Below, one piece after another: positions 51,330 to 64,000 of a stretch of DNA of 64,000 nt. The notes under the pieces are model-generated. The model saw nothing but the letters and a program-made list of their open reading frames with translations, made no database searches and had not been told where the DNA came from. Source of the stretch: Octopus sinensis (taxonomy: Eukaryota); contig NC_043001.1 in the NCBI RefSeq assembly GCF_006345805.1, positions 124,682,001 through 124,746,000 of the forward strand. Direction: 5' to 3'. A program made the position numbers and the translations under genes. Every line of letters starts with the position of its first letter. Within the stretch, counting starts at the first letter, position 1.

Positions 51330-51955
51330 AATTTTCAGTAGTCTTTCAAGTACTTAGAACCTTCCTGATAAGCCTTGCTGTTCCTAAGAGGCAAACTTTC
51401 TGTGGAGCAACGTAAAGGGATGGCACTGTTGCGCGCTGTGTTCGGATGAACAGAAAGAAAAAATAACATGATATAAAAGCGGATATAGGTGTATTACCAC
51501 AGTATATGACATATGAGGAAGTGGTGGAAGAATTTGGAATAGATATTCTAGCGGGAACGAAGTTTAAAAGATATAAATGAAGCTACTATGAAGAGGGGCA
51601 GAGTGGCTTCATTCCATTTTTCATTTCACTTTTCATGTCATTTTTTTCATACGTTGGTTCTAACTTTTCTCCTGGATGGTGAACGGGTGTGGTCTCCGCT
51701 AGCCAGACAAATGTTCCTCACGCTATTGTCCAGTGTCCGGAGATATCTGAAATATGGATTTATGCTGAACACTTGTCCGGCGAAGGATGAGTACGGCTGT
51801 CGACAGAGCCAATTATAAAAATTGACCCACCAGAAGTTTTAACAAACGAAGGTAAGAATTATTTTCTCACGGTTGTAGCAATAGCGAAAGAGGCAGTGTG
51901 GAAGACTAGGATAAAAGGGATTAAGACAGGCAACTTTATCTCCGGCCACGATTTA
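51330..51955 (+). mobile_element. Tx1/L1-clade LINE ORF2 C-terminal remnant
   Basis: HAIVQCPEISEIWIYAEHL..FLTVVAIAKEAVWKTRIKG, homologous to the C-terminus at 3560-4000. Confidence 0.65.
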
Positions 51956-53388
51956 CGATCTTAGAAAGATGAAAGGCAAAGTCGTCCTCAGTGGAATTTA
52001 ATTAAATATCACAGAACTACTAATTTTATATCCTATCACTGATCTTACCATTCCACTGCAAAATTTAATCATTGCTTTACAAATATTTGCCAATTATTTA
52101 TATCACACATACACAGTCAAAATTTGTAGTGAGCCTCCACCGGTACTTATTTTATCAACTCCGGAAGAATGAAAGTCAAAGCGTATATTTCAGCGATATT
52201 TCAACTCAAAACTTAGATTTCAAATGTTGCCAAATGTTTCCTCCGACTCTCTGACGACTCTGCTAATTCGCCGCTCTTAATTTTTTCTAACATCGATAAA
52301 AGGCCAGAAACTTGTGGGAAAATGGTAATTCATTGAATTGACGAACGCCTGGTACTTAATCGATCCCGGTAAGATGAGATGCAAAGTCATCTTCAGTGGT
52401 ATTTAAACTCAGAACGCAAAGAGATATAACCAAATATTACAAAATTATTATTTTTCCGTCGTTCCGCCGATAATTCTGTTATTCCATTCCAATTGTAATT
52501 TCAGTAATACCATTTAGCTATAATTTGAATTCAGTTTGCCCTGGGCGGAGTTTCTTCTACAATATCGTTTGACTTACTAGAAGAAAGGGCCTAATGTTTC
52601 GCAAGTAGCAATTTCCCATTTCTTGACAAGGTGCACATAAATGCACATTCTAGACAGTGAGTGGTTCTCCATCGGTTCCGATGATGTAGTTGAGTTGTTC
52701 GATCAACTGAATTACCTACTTATTTAGATTTGTGTATTAGTGGCTGAATATTTCACAGGTAAAATACCTCTAACCTAATCCTCAAGCAAAATTTGGGTAA
52801 CATAATGTATTACAACTTGCATCTTTGAATCATAGAGACGACCCAGCTAAAGACTTCCCCGCTTGTTCCCATTCAGACCATTTCACTAAAACAGCTTGGT
52901 AAAAAAAACTGCATAAGATACCATTCAGTGGGACTGAATCCGACACCTCAAGATCATAACACTAAGTTCTTAACCATTCGGCCATCCTACGTCGTAAGTT
53001 TTAGCTAATAATATTCGGTCAGAGTATACAGCTTTGTCACACAACTGAGTTCATAGAGCACAAAACAAATAGCCACGATAATTGCATTGTTCTTTGTCAA
53101 GTATATTTCATTATCTTAAATGGCTCAGTCCACATAAACTTAAGTAGATGTTGTTGCAAAAGAACTCCCCAATTCTGTACGCAGCGATAACACTGCGAAA
53201 CCTTTGGATATTTTGTTGGTGTGCAGTGCTAGTTACAACTTGTCCTTTGAGAAGGATATACTTTATCAAGCAAGCATAACCTAACACACTTCATGCAGAG
53301 TAAGTATACACAAGTCGGAAATAAACTGCGTCAGTCTAGTTTAATCGAAAATAAACTATAACCAAGGTTAAGAAAAGCAATAATAATA

Positions 53389-53830
53389 CGAGGGTGTGCT
53401 GAAATGTTCCTGGCTTTGAGAAAGAGAAAATACAGGAGGATCAGTTGATTATGAGTTTATTCAACATATACTCCTTTCAGATTTATACACTTATTGCAGC
53501 GGCCGTTCAGTTTTTCTCAGCTCTATAAAAGAACACGAAAGGTTGAGCCTCCATTTTATGGTTGGTTGTTATTCGTCTTTTCACACTCAGCATTAACGGC
53601 GGAAGCAACCGAACAGGGGACAGAAGATTCGTAACTGATCCTGTCTGAACTAAACCCCTCGTGCAATAAAATTGCAGACGTAGCGGTACTTCGTTGTCGC
53701 AGAAGAGTGTAATGCACCAACCATCGCAACCAAAGGTCATCCGTCTGTTTGTGGATTAAAGAAGTTCAAATCTTGACTTGCGCTGAACTTGAAGTTGAAA
53801 AACTGAAACATTTCTAACAGTAACCACATA
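53389..53830. mobile_element. Mariner-like terminus/derivative
   Basis: TA then CGAGGGTGTGCTGAAATGTTCCTGGC resembles a mariner TIR; partner TIR not seen. Confidence 0.4.
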
Positions 53831-53892
53831 TTTAAGTAGACGGGAGGAAATAGAAATATGGTGATTGATCAAAATGCATATATATATATACA

Positions 53893-53928
<36 letters not shown>

Positions 53929-54302
53929 CAAAGCAGCTAGTTCTAAAATCTCTAAACGAGATATAAATTGTAACGGTATTAGACAGTAGTATTTTTTTGC
54001 CACTATAACGTGGCTGTTCGATACAGAACTATGTTGCTGTATTTTTACACCAGGAAAACATCTTTTAATATACATACATACACCCATGCATACAAACGCA
54101 CGTTACCATGCAGACATTATACATGGACATAGTAATGACATTCATAAGAAATGAAACCGGTATGTAATAATGTATTTTTAAAACAATTTGATTTTAATAA
54201 TGTATTTTGGAATAATTCAGTTAATTACCATAGAAAAAGAATTATTCATTTTTTCATCTTATAATTTTTTCTATATATTTTATTTTTTACATATGTTTGG
54301 GA

Positions 54303-54688
54303 TGGAAGCACTCCGTCGGTTACGACGACGAGGGTTCCGGTTGATCCGAATCAACGGAACAGCCTGCCCGTGAAAGTAACGTGTAAGTGGCTGAGCACTC
54401 CACAGACACGTGTACCCTTAACGTAGTTCTCGGGGATATTCAGCGTGACACAGAGAGTGACAAGGCTGGCCCTTTGAAATACAGGTACAACAGAAACAGG
54501 AAGCAAGAGTGAGAGAAAGTTGTGGTGAAAAAGTACAGCAGGGATCGCCACCATCCCCTGCCGGAGCCTCGTGGAGCTTTAGGTGTTTTCGCTCAATAAA
54601 CACTCACACTGCCCGGTCTGGGAATCGAAACCGCGATCCTATGACCGCGAGTCCGCTGCCCTAACCACTGGGCCATTGCGCCTCCACA
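54303..54688 (-). mobile_element. tRNA-derived SINE family D, full length
   Basis: Minus head GGAGGCGCAATGGCCCAGTGGTTAGGGCAGCGG..GGTTTCGATTCCC (A and B boxes). Confidence 0.88.
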
Positions 54689-55993
54689 CATATGTTTATA
54701 TTAACTACCAATGAGGGAGAGAAAATGAGTAAAAAGAATGAACAAATCTAAAAAGCAACTAATGAAAATATTCTAAAAGAACTGATGGCAGTTAGCTCGA
54801 AACTTGTCAATAGCCGAGAAAGATACACTACTTTGCTAGAGAAATTTATAAAGATGAAGAGAGAATAAATTTTAAGTATATTAGTGTGAATTTATGTCGT
54901 TTATGCAGAACTTTTGGGAATGTATTCATGAATCAAATATTTCAACAAAAACATAGGCAACCGTTATAAGAAATGAGATTATAACTCGGTCAACAATTAA
55001 AGCCATATTAGCCACGTTTAAAACAAGAACCTTCATTACTGCATATTTTCAGTTTGAAATAAGTGAAGATAGTTATAAAGCTGGCATATTCGAAAGATGG
55101 ATTAATTTAACACCGATAATTCTCGTTTGAAACTTATATATCAAACCAGTTTAAGACGAATCGGAGCATTTAAAGAGTAGCTCTAGAAACTTGCAGAATC
55201 GAATAGAGCTACTATTGACGGAGAAATGCTCATTGAAGTATCCAAGATAGTACAAAAGACACACTGTTGAAAATATCTGTGAAAAATGGAAAGAAGAATG
55301 TGAAAACGAGGAAATTATTTCGCTTCAATGATTAAAGTAAAGTGATAATCGGTTTTGGAGTTGCAAAAAGAACTTTCAAAAAGATAATTCTTCAGAAAAT
55401 ACATCTATGAAAAATTAAAAACTAAAATAGAATTTTATACAGAATTCGTAAAACAAACTCAAGATAAATCGAGCTTTAGACATTCATATGAAATACTGAA
55501 GTAATGCTCTACGGAAATGTGAAAGATGAATTTAACAGAAACGAATCTATGTACAGATTTACAAATCCCTCAAGGAAATAAAACCAATTGTTGTGAAGTA
55601 GAGAAACATCTAAATGGAGGATTAATCAGTTTTCACAACGAGCAAAGAACAATTACGAGAGAAACATGTTCGAAAATAATAATGGGAGAAAGGATTTAGA
55701 AATGATTAAAGGATAAATTATTTTGGAAATAATTACTAAAGGCTACGTGATTCTGGTGAACTCTATTTGAAATGCATTGCAAATCAATTGTGTAGATTAC
55801 AAAAATTTCCCATAAGCAAGACTATAAAATGATGTCGGTAAAGGATTGTTCCTTGTTTCTTTAAATGTTCTTCATACAAATGGTTTAAAATTAACACCAG
55901 TAGTGACAAGCCCACCATTTGAAACCCTTCGACAGAATCATTTTTAGGCATTTTATTGAAACCATATTTGCAATATATGTAGAGCAATATATA

Positions 55994-56159
55994 GGCGCAG
56001 GAGTGGCTGTATGGTAAGTAGCTTGTTTACCAACCACATGGTTCCGGGTTCAGTCCCACTGCGTGGCACCTTGGGCAAGTGTCTTCTACTATAGCCTCGG
56101 GCCGACCAAAGCCTTGTGAGTGGATTTGGTAGATGGAAACTGAAAAGAAGCCCGTCGTA

Positions 56160-56205
<46 letters not shown>

Positions 56206-56434
56206 TGTGTGTGTTTGTGTATCTGTGTTTGTCCCCCTAGCATTGCTTGACAACCGATGCTGGTGTGTTTATGTCCCCGTTACTTAGCGGTTCAGCAAAA
56301 GAGACCGATAGAATAAGTACTGGGCTTACAAAAGAATAAGTCCCGGGGTCGAGTTGCTCGATTAAAGGCGGTGCTCCAGCATGGCCGCAGTCAAATGACT
56401 GAAACAAGTAAAAGAGTAAAGAGTAAAGAGAGAG
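55994..56434 (+). mobile_element. SINE family A, full length
   Basis: As 6837-7257. Confidence 0.92.
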
Positions 56435-57085
56435 CTACGTAAGAGACATCCGTGTTAAATCATCTTCCATGTATAGCAAACGAAGAAACATTTATATCTG
56501 AATTTTTGAGGTTAACTTGTCTAAAAATATATCACTTTATATACAAATAAATACGATAAATGCTCATGCAGAGAAATTAGATTTTTTTTAAAGAGAGGTT
56601 ATACGTTTTAAATTTGATTTTTCAATTTTTTAAATTGTATTTCATGAATATATTCTATAGATATTTATAATATAATATTTATGTATTTATCGATAGAGAA
56701 AATTTTAGATTATAATTTAGATACTTATTTTTATGTATTTATTATTTCATAATTATTAGATGTGAACTTAAATCTAAAAATATTAATAGTGATTATTTGG
56801 TTAAATAGTTTAGTAATTAAAATTAAGTATAACTGAGTTAAAGATATTCGATAGTTTATGTTTTTTTAAGCCAAGTTATATTTTCAAAGATTAATATATA
56901 TTTCTATCTATTCTTTTACCTTAAAAATTAAATATTTAATATAATAAATGTGTTTTAGAAAATAATCCTGTTTTTAGTTTTCAAATTTAGCTAATGGAGT
57001 TTTTTCTATAAGAAAAAATATTTTATTTATTTTTTAAATAAATATTGTTTAACTCTATTTGCTTATTTATTTAACTATTATTATT

Positions 57086-57185
57086 AATCTGAAGATTGAC
57101 TATAATTTTAAATCGAATTTATTTCAATTGAATTTAAACATAATTGTAATTCGAATTTAATTGTTGCCATGAAACGTGCGTAGTT
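57086..57185 (+). ncRNA. Type I hammerhead motif with canonical core and weak stems
   Basis: AAT-CTGAAGA-(AT-rich 75 nt)-GAAAC-GTGC-GTA-GTT. Confidence 0.5.
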
Positions 57186-57371
57186 TTTTTACTTATCATA
57201 TATTGATCATTCATTTTTATACTTTTTGAGATCTAGTTATATGTTTTATAAAAATATATATTATTTGTTATTTATGTTTTGGTTTATGTCCATCACAGTT
57301 TGAGTTGCATAATAGTGGTTTTATCTCAAATTTATACTTTATATATATATATATCTATATATATATATTAT

Positions 57372-57745
57372 TTTATTCTTTTATTCTTTTATTGGTTTCA
57401 GACATTTGACTTCGGGCATGCTGGAGCAGCGCCTTTAATCGAACAAATCGATCCCAGTACTTATTTTTTGAAAGCCTAGTACTTATTCTATAGGTATCTT
57501 TTGCTGAACTGCTAACTTACGGGAACGTGAACACACCACAGACACATAAACATACTCACTCACATATATATACATATATATACGACGGGTTTCATTCAGT
57601 TTCCGTCTACCAAATCCACTCACCAGGCTTTGGTCGGCCCGAGGCAATAGCTGAAGACACTTGCCTAAGGTGCCACGCAGTGAGACTGAACCCGGAACTA
57701 TGTGGTTGATAACCAAGCTACTTACCACACAGCCACTCCTGCGCC
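57372..57745 (-). mobile_element. SINE family A, diverged
   Basis: Reverse complement of the family A consensus. Confidence 0.85.
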
Positions 57746-57917
57746 TATATAAATATATAAAAGGATAAACGTTTTTATTTTTCCTTTAGCTTTTAGAATT
57801 ACTACTATTTTTGCGGTTTGAGTTTTGGCTGCTCTTTCAAGTGAGTCGAATGACCTGTAAGGGTCTTTCCTTAATACTTTGTATATATATATATATATAC
57901 ATATGTGTATATATATA

Positions 57918-57971
<54 letters not shown>

Positions 57972-57975
<4 letters not shown>

Positions 57976-58995
57976 AATGAATATGAGCAAAACTATTACG
58001 AGGAAGTCTGGAAGTGGAAGAATCAACAGAAAACTTACCAAAGCTTTTATTATAGCTCTAAAATCCCAACTCCTAAACGATCCAACCAAATCCATGAGAA
58101 AAATGGCAATTGAACTTGTGGTAGACAACAAGACCATTAGAAATGCAGTAAAATATGATTTGAGGTTAAAATCTTACACAAGAACACTAAAACACTTGTT
58201 GACAACAGCTATGAGGGAAAAGAGATTGAAAAGGTGCAATAAAGTTGCTACATGGTTCGAGAAAAAGTCCTCCATCGTAACGATCTTTTCAAATCAAAAG
58301 ATCTTCACTGTCGATGCTGTTCTGAACCACAGGAATGACAGATTTATCACAAAATCGACAGCTGAGGTTAAGGGGACATTCAAAACAAAACATCCCGCTC
58401 AGTTTTGGCTTTTGGTGTTGTGGCTTCCAATGGAAAGAAAATGCCTATAAAATTCTACAAACTGATGAAAAGATCAATGTTCATACTTACTACAAGACTC
58501 TTAGATACCAGGTATTGCCTTGGCTTAAAGCAAACTACTCAGATGATAATTATGTATGGACACAGGATGGTGCTCCAACCCACACAGCTAGAAAAATACA
58601 AGATTTCTGCAAATTCAACTTTAGCAATTTTTTGGAATCATGTTTATGGCCGCCTTCTATCCCAGATCTAAACTCTCTGGATTATGCTATTTGGGGCACT
58701 TTAGAACATGCTACCACTAGAACATCACACAACAATGTCGACTCTCTTAACGATACTATTAAAGAAGAATGGGAGAAGTTGTCTCCTGAATATTTGAGGT
58801 ACACTTGTGCAAGATTCAGGAAGCGTGCGGAGGCCGTTATTGAGAAAGATGTAGGACACATAGAATAAAAACATTTTCTGTTATGTAAATTTTCTTGTGG
58901 CATATAAATTCTCATGATTTTCAATAAACTAATTGGTCATACACTGTCTTTCAATCCCTGCCTCAAAATATTGTAAATTTTGCTTCCCCACCCTG
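57972..58995 (+). mobile_element. DD37D (maT/Bmmar1-like) transposon, 5'-truncated, frameshifted transposase
   Basis: RKSGSGR..SMRKMAIEL..IFSNQKIF (FSDEK) and WTQDGAPTHTA..WPPSIPDLNSLDY with 37 residues between the Asp residues; stop at 58868. The right TIR ends CACCCTG followed by TA. Confidence 0.9.
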
Positions 58996-59017
58996 TATGT
59001 AAAAGTATGTATAAATA

Positions 59018-59055
<38 letters not shown>

Positions 59056-59462
59056 TGTATATATGTATGTATATATGTATATATATATATATGTAATTAT
59101 ATATATATGTATATATGTATGTATGTATATATATACATGTATATATGTATATGTATATTTTTGTATATATGTATGCATACATGAAGGTCACTAGCCCCCG
59201 TCCACACACTCATACATGCTCTCACATAAACACGCGCATCTTCATTTTGGGATCACCACTAATTTATTACCTCCCCTTCTTCATATATCTCTCCAGTGTT
59301 ACCCCTCTGTGCAGTATTCGCCATGATAGATCGCTGGCCACTAAACCTTTTTTATTTTCTCACTTCCCGACCGTTAAACTAATACATCTGTTTGTTGTTT
59401 ACACACACGTCTACTTCTTTTGTTAGTTGTAAATCTTTACTATATATAAGTATATATATATA

Positions 59463-59519
<57 letters not shown>

Positions 59520-59664
59520 CATATATATGAGTATATATATGTATTCCCATGCTAGCCACTTGATATTATCGGTATTTTAAATAACGATCTTATCCTTATT
59601 TATATAAATTATATATGTTTATATGTATATATATATGTATATATGTATATGTATATATATATAT

Positions 59665-59723
<59 letters not shown>

Positions 59724-60514
59724 ATATATATATATGTTTATATGTACATATATGTATGTTTATATATATTAGCCATTAAACCTTATTTTATTTTCTAGCC
59801 CCGTTTATTTCTCTGCTCCTTTCTGTCGAAGGGTCTAGGCTCTCATTTCCCGACCGTTAAACTAATACATCTGTTTATTGCTTACACACCCGTTTTCGTC
59901 TTTTTTTCTTGTAAAGTCTCACTATATATATATATATATATATAAATATAAATATATATATATATAATATATATATATATATAATTTATTGAGTTTTGTT
60001 TGTAATCTGCTGAAAATGATATTACTTTGGGTATGCTTTCTCACAGCGAAATGACGGAAATGATGGACTTATTTCAAACAATCACCTGTGGGATGGATGA
60101 TAATGCTTACATCTGACCAGTGTATCACACGTGTTAAAATGTGTCGAAACAATTGTAGTGATTTATCATCAATATAAATATCGTTTATTCCATTTTGCAT
60201 GATTTATCAGCTTGTGTGTGTGTTTGTGTGTGTCTGTGTCTGCGTGTGTATATTTAGACACACACACACACACATACGCATTTTTATATATGTATATATA
60301 ATATATATATATATCTTCGTCTCATTGAATTTTCGATATGGGAAAATTTATATCCTTCTATGCCAATAAAGCATTATTGTTCCTGAAAGTATCTTTCTAC
60401 CTTCTTTGGACTTCTCGAAGCTTACTACCGTCCTTCACCTGGATCCTTGGATCTTACTTTTACCTGGCAAGATTGTTATCAAGTCGAGCAAAATGCTTTG
60501 CACCATTTAGTTTT

Positions 60515-60631
60515 GGGGAAAATTTTCAAAAATTTTTCAGGAAATTTTTTTTAAACTCTTTCAAATATTTTTTAGGAAAATTTTCAAAAATTTTTTGGAA
60601 AAATTTTCAAAAATTTTTGGGAAAAACTTTT
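60515..60631. repeat. ~21-bp minisatellite GGAAAATTTTCAAAAATTTTT, about 5 units
   Basis: Directly visible. Confidence 0.8.
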
Positions 60632-60649
60632 GGTGTTCATAAAATAAAT

Positions 60650-60950
60650 AGCTGATTAGTGGGGTCGATGCGACCGACTTACCATCTCTCCCTAAATTGC
60701 TGGCCTTGTGCCAAAATTTGAAACCAGTATATAAGCCGATATTAAGGCAGCGAGATGGCAAAACCGTTAGTACGCCAGGGAAAATGCTTAGCGGCATTTC
60801 ATCCGTCTTTACGCTCTGAATTCAAATTCCGCAGAGGTCGACCTTACATCGCATCCTTTCGGGGTCGATAAGATAAGTATCATTTGAGCAGCGGTTAATC
60901 GGCTCACTTCTCCTCCGAACTTGCTGGCTTTGTGCCAAAATTTGAAATAT
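60650..60950 (+). mobile_element. Degenerate SINE B copies
   Basis: Head at ~60750 and central domain; tail fragment at 60650-60725. Confidence 0.7.
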
Positions 60951-61284
60951 TGATTTCAATACTTTTCTTCAACAGTGGATACAAGTATGTTTCTGTTAGT
61001 TAACTACTTTTTAAAGATAAGTGCTTCGGACGATTCGTTCGAGGCGTTGCCGCAGTCTAATAACTGTCTCAAAAAAAGATAAACGATAAGTACTGTCATC
61101 ATCACAGAACTATAGAAATGTAGTTGTTCAAAATATACTGCCGCTGACAGAACGCAGATCACATGATATTGTAAACTATGAAGAAGTGTAGTAGGTTTCG
61201 AGTCGAATAAACACGTATGCATTCGCACAAACATACCTGCATATATGTATATCTATATACATAGCTACATCTGTATGCACGCAC

Positions 61285-61306
61285 ATACACACACACACAC
61301 ACGCAT

Positions 61307-61358
<52 letters not shown>

Positions 61359-61375
61359 GTAGGTAGGTAGGTAGG

Positions 61376-61414
<39 letters not shown>

Positions 61415-61521
61415 GTAGGTAGGTAGGTAGGTAGGTAGGTAGGTAGGTAGGTAGGTAGGTGGATGGATGGACGGACAGACAGTCAGACGGACAGAGAGGT
61501 AGACAGACGGACAGACAGGTT

Positions 61522-61582
<61 letters not shown>
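61285..61582. repeat. (GATA)n/(GGTA)n/(GACA)n compound microsatellite
   Basis: Directly visible. Confidence 0.95.
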
Positions 61583-62569
61583 TGTAATCCATATATGTTG
61601 TCATATGTGTGTGTATGTGTACAGAGACAGAGAGAGACGGAAGGACATACATACATACATACAGACAGATAGACAGACAGACAGACAGACATCATATACA
61701 AGCTCTTTTTGTGTTTCATCTATTCTCTATCCATTTTTATGTTTGCTATTTTCTGTTTTCTCTTTTCTTCGTGTTACTTTACTCATTTATTAGATTTGTC
61801 AAAATGAAAAACAAAAAACAAAAAATGCTGACTACAAATAACCGTGTCTATAGGATTTATTTCAAATAGGTTCTTTTTTTTTAATGGAGGCCTATTCAGA
61901 AAAGCGATGATATGAATATAATCACTTTTGGCAGAGGGAAGAAAATTATATATAATCCATAACCAAATTACATTACATATATACTTTTCGTCCCCGCTTT
62001 TTCTTTTGCATTTTTCTATGTTGTTTTGTTGTTGATTTCTGTTCTACATTTTTCAATGGTTGTATCCTACCTATTATTCGTATTGATATCGGTCGTGAAA
62101 GCACCGTACTGAAATGCATTACTATTTTATTTTGGTATTTCTAGATTCTAGATTAGTTCGACTACTACCGGACGTTTACATTAACATTTGATTTCTGGGT
62201 GGGTTATGATGAGTGTGAACCTAGCAGGGTGAGAGAAATCAAAGGTATTGCGAAACTGATGAATGTTTCTATAATACTCGGGGCTCAGCTCCATTCTTCT
62301 AACTGGACATTGACTTCAGCGGATTCGAGTCAATGGCGAATTGTTTCATTTAACAGCAAAATCTTCTTCAAACACATAATTTTTCATCTTTTATCTTTTA
62401 TTCGTTTCAGTCATTTGACTGCAACCATTCTGGGGCATTGCTTTGAAAACTTTTAGTCGAACAAATCGACTCCAGGCCTTATTTTTTCTTATCCTAGCAC
62501 TTATCCTATCGGGTGACGTGAACACACCATCAACACAAGTTGTCAAGCAGTGTTCAGGACACACACACA

Positions 62570-62645
<76 letters not shown>

Positions 62646-63804
62646 CAGGATGTGTGTGTGTACGTGAATGTAATTTATGCATGTCCACAAACTAGCACGC
62701 ATATCGCTCCGATTTTAGGAGGACATTGGTCACGACAATGGCTGTGCTTTTGTCAACTTATTTTTCCCGAGGCACACCCGGATAGCGGTAAAAATCGATT
62801 TTCACCATAACGTTTACCAATTTACACGTCAGTGAAATCCGTATGGTTCCTAACATGAGTTAAGTCCCCTGTCTTGCATATAGATTAATTCACCCTACTA
62901 CAATGCCTCCGAAAGAAATTAGATTTGGAATACCTAAGCAATCTCAGCGTAGGAAAAGAGAAAGAGCTGAAGAGACTAACTATCAGCGGACCCATTAGTA
63001 AAATATAACTTTTTGGGCCGAAGCCTGGCAATAAGAGCTTGCAGATATTCCGCTACAAAACATTCAATAATATCGAAGCAGTAACTTTCATAAATCAGGG
63101 TGTAATTTTTTAAGACACTTTCTGAACCCAGTCGACGACGGGTATTTCTGCTAGTATATATATAAATAACGGGCATTTTTTAGTTACTGTCAACCAGATC
63201 CACTTACAAGGCTTTGATCAGCCCACCCAAGGTGCTACGCAGTGGGACTGAACCCAGAACCATATGGTTGAGAAGGAAGCTTCTTAGTACAAAGCTACAC
63301 CTGCGCCTTTTCAAGTATTTTTTACGTAATTTGAAACAAAATTATTTCGATGCATTTAGTGCATAAATTCAAAACCTTTTTTATATTTTATCCTATAAAG
63401 ATAAGGGTCGTCTGTCAGTCATCAATGATTACCATCTCAACAACTATGTTTAAGCTGGAAAAGATTTTATGAAGAAATCTAGCAATTTAATTATTCATCA
63501 AGTCTCCTCTCTCCACAATACCAATGTTTATTCACGGAAAAGGCTACCATTTAAGGTCGAGACAAGTTAACAGAGGTGTCGTTACAAAGTTTGCTATCAT
63601 TATGCAAAAAAACTGGAAGTAATATTGCACAACATATCCGACCTCTAGCAGTTCTGCTAATGTATTATCACTCTTTTATTGACCCCGTAACAATAAAAAT
63701 CAAAGTTGACCCCGATAGGATTTGAACTTCGAGCCCAAAGAACGTGTACAAATACTGTAGGCTATTCGTAATAAAAGCTCCAACAATTTGCTGCCTATAG
63801 TTTT

Positions 63805-64000
63805 AAATCTTTCTCTTTTATTTGTTTCAATCATTTGGCTGCCCCCATGCTGGAGCACCACTTTGAAAGGTTTTAGTCGAACAAATCAACCCCAGGACTC
63901 ATTTTTTTAAAGCCTTGTACTTATTCTATCGGTCTGTTTTGCCGAACCGATACTTTACGGGAACGTAAACACACCAACGCCGGTTGCCAAGTGGTGATGG
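63805..64000 (-). mobile_element. SINE family A 3' half, diverged
   Basis: Homology to the family A tail; further fragments at ~62385-62560 and 63187-63307. Confidence 0.7.

Larger units (their letters stand above)
54782..57340 (+). mobile_element. Highly decayed Penelope-like element region with hammerhead-like motifs near both ends (contains a SINE A)
   Basis: CTGATGGCAGTTAGCTCGAAACTTGTC at 54782; decayed ORF (EMLIEVSKI..ENICEKWKEECENEEIIS); hammerhead at 57089; tail TAATAGTGGTTTTATCTC.AATTTA shared with the 17155 copy. Confidence 0.4.

Noticed and set aside
54620-54688. tRNA-like sequences at SINE heads
   Set aside because: They have A/B boxes but no complete cloverleaf or acceptor stem and run into SINE bodies; not tRNA genes.
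60380-60510. Minus-strand LNGAKHFARLD, similar to a Gypsy RT motif
   Set aside because: Too short and decayed to support a feature call.

Overview
AT-rich, microsatellite-saturated animal genomic DNA. The SINE families and (TA)n/(CA)n density look like an Octopus (cephalopod) genome; this is inferred from repeat recognition, not from a search. Two host genes are supportable. (1) A plus-strand multi-exon gene for a cyclic-nucleotide-binding-domain (CNBD) protein: exons 27259-27392 and 40439-40884 join in phase, and a probable terminal exon starts at 48815 with AATAAA at 49124. (2) On the minus strand, inside the putative last intron of that gene, an uninterrupted 735-aa ORF (46063-48270). Its last ~115 aa align by eye to Mediator subunit MED29/Intersex, behind ~600 aa of N/S/Q-rich low-complexity sequence. 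This is the best candidate for something undescribed. The rest is a transposon graveyard: three tRNA-derived SINE groups, Tx1/L1, RTE, R4/Dong-like and Penelope retroelement fragments, and DD37D maT, DD34D mariner, Tc1 and pogo remnants. It also holds several minimal type I hammerhead-ribozyme motifs, three with a canonical catalytic core. A 100-N gap lies at 42050-42149. Nearly all other ORFs in the track are microsatellite or SINE artefacts. All alignments were done by eye, and many repeat boundaries are approximate.
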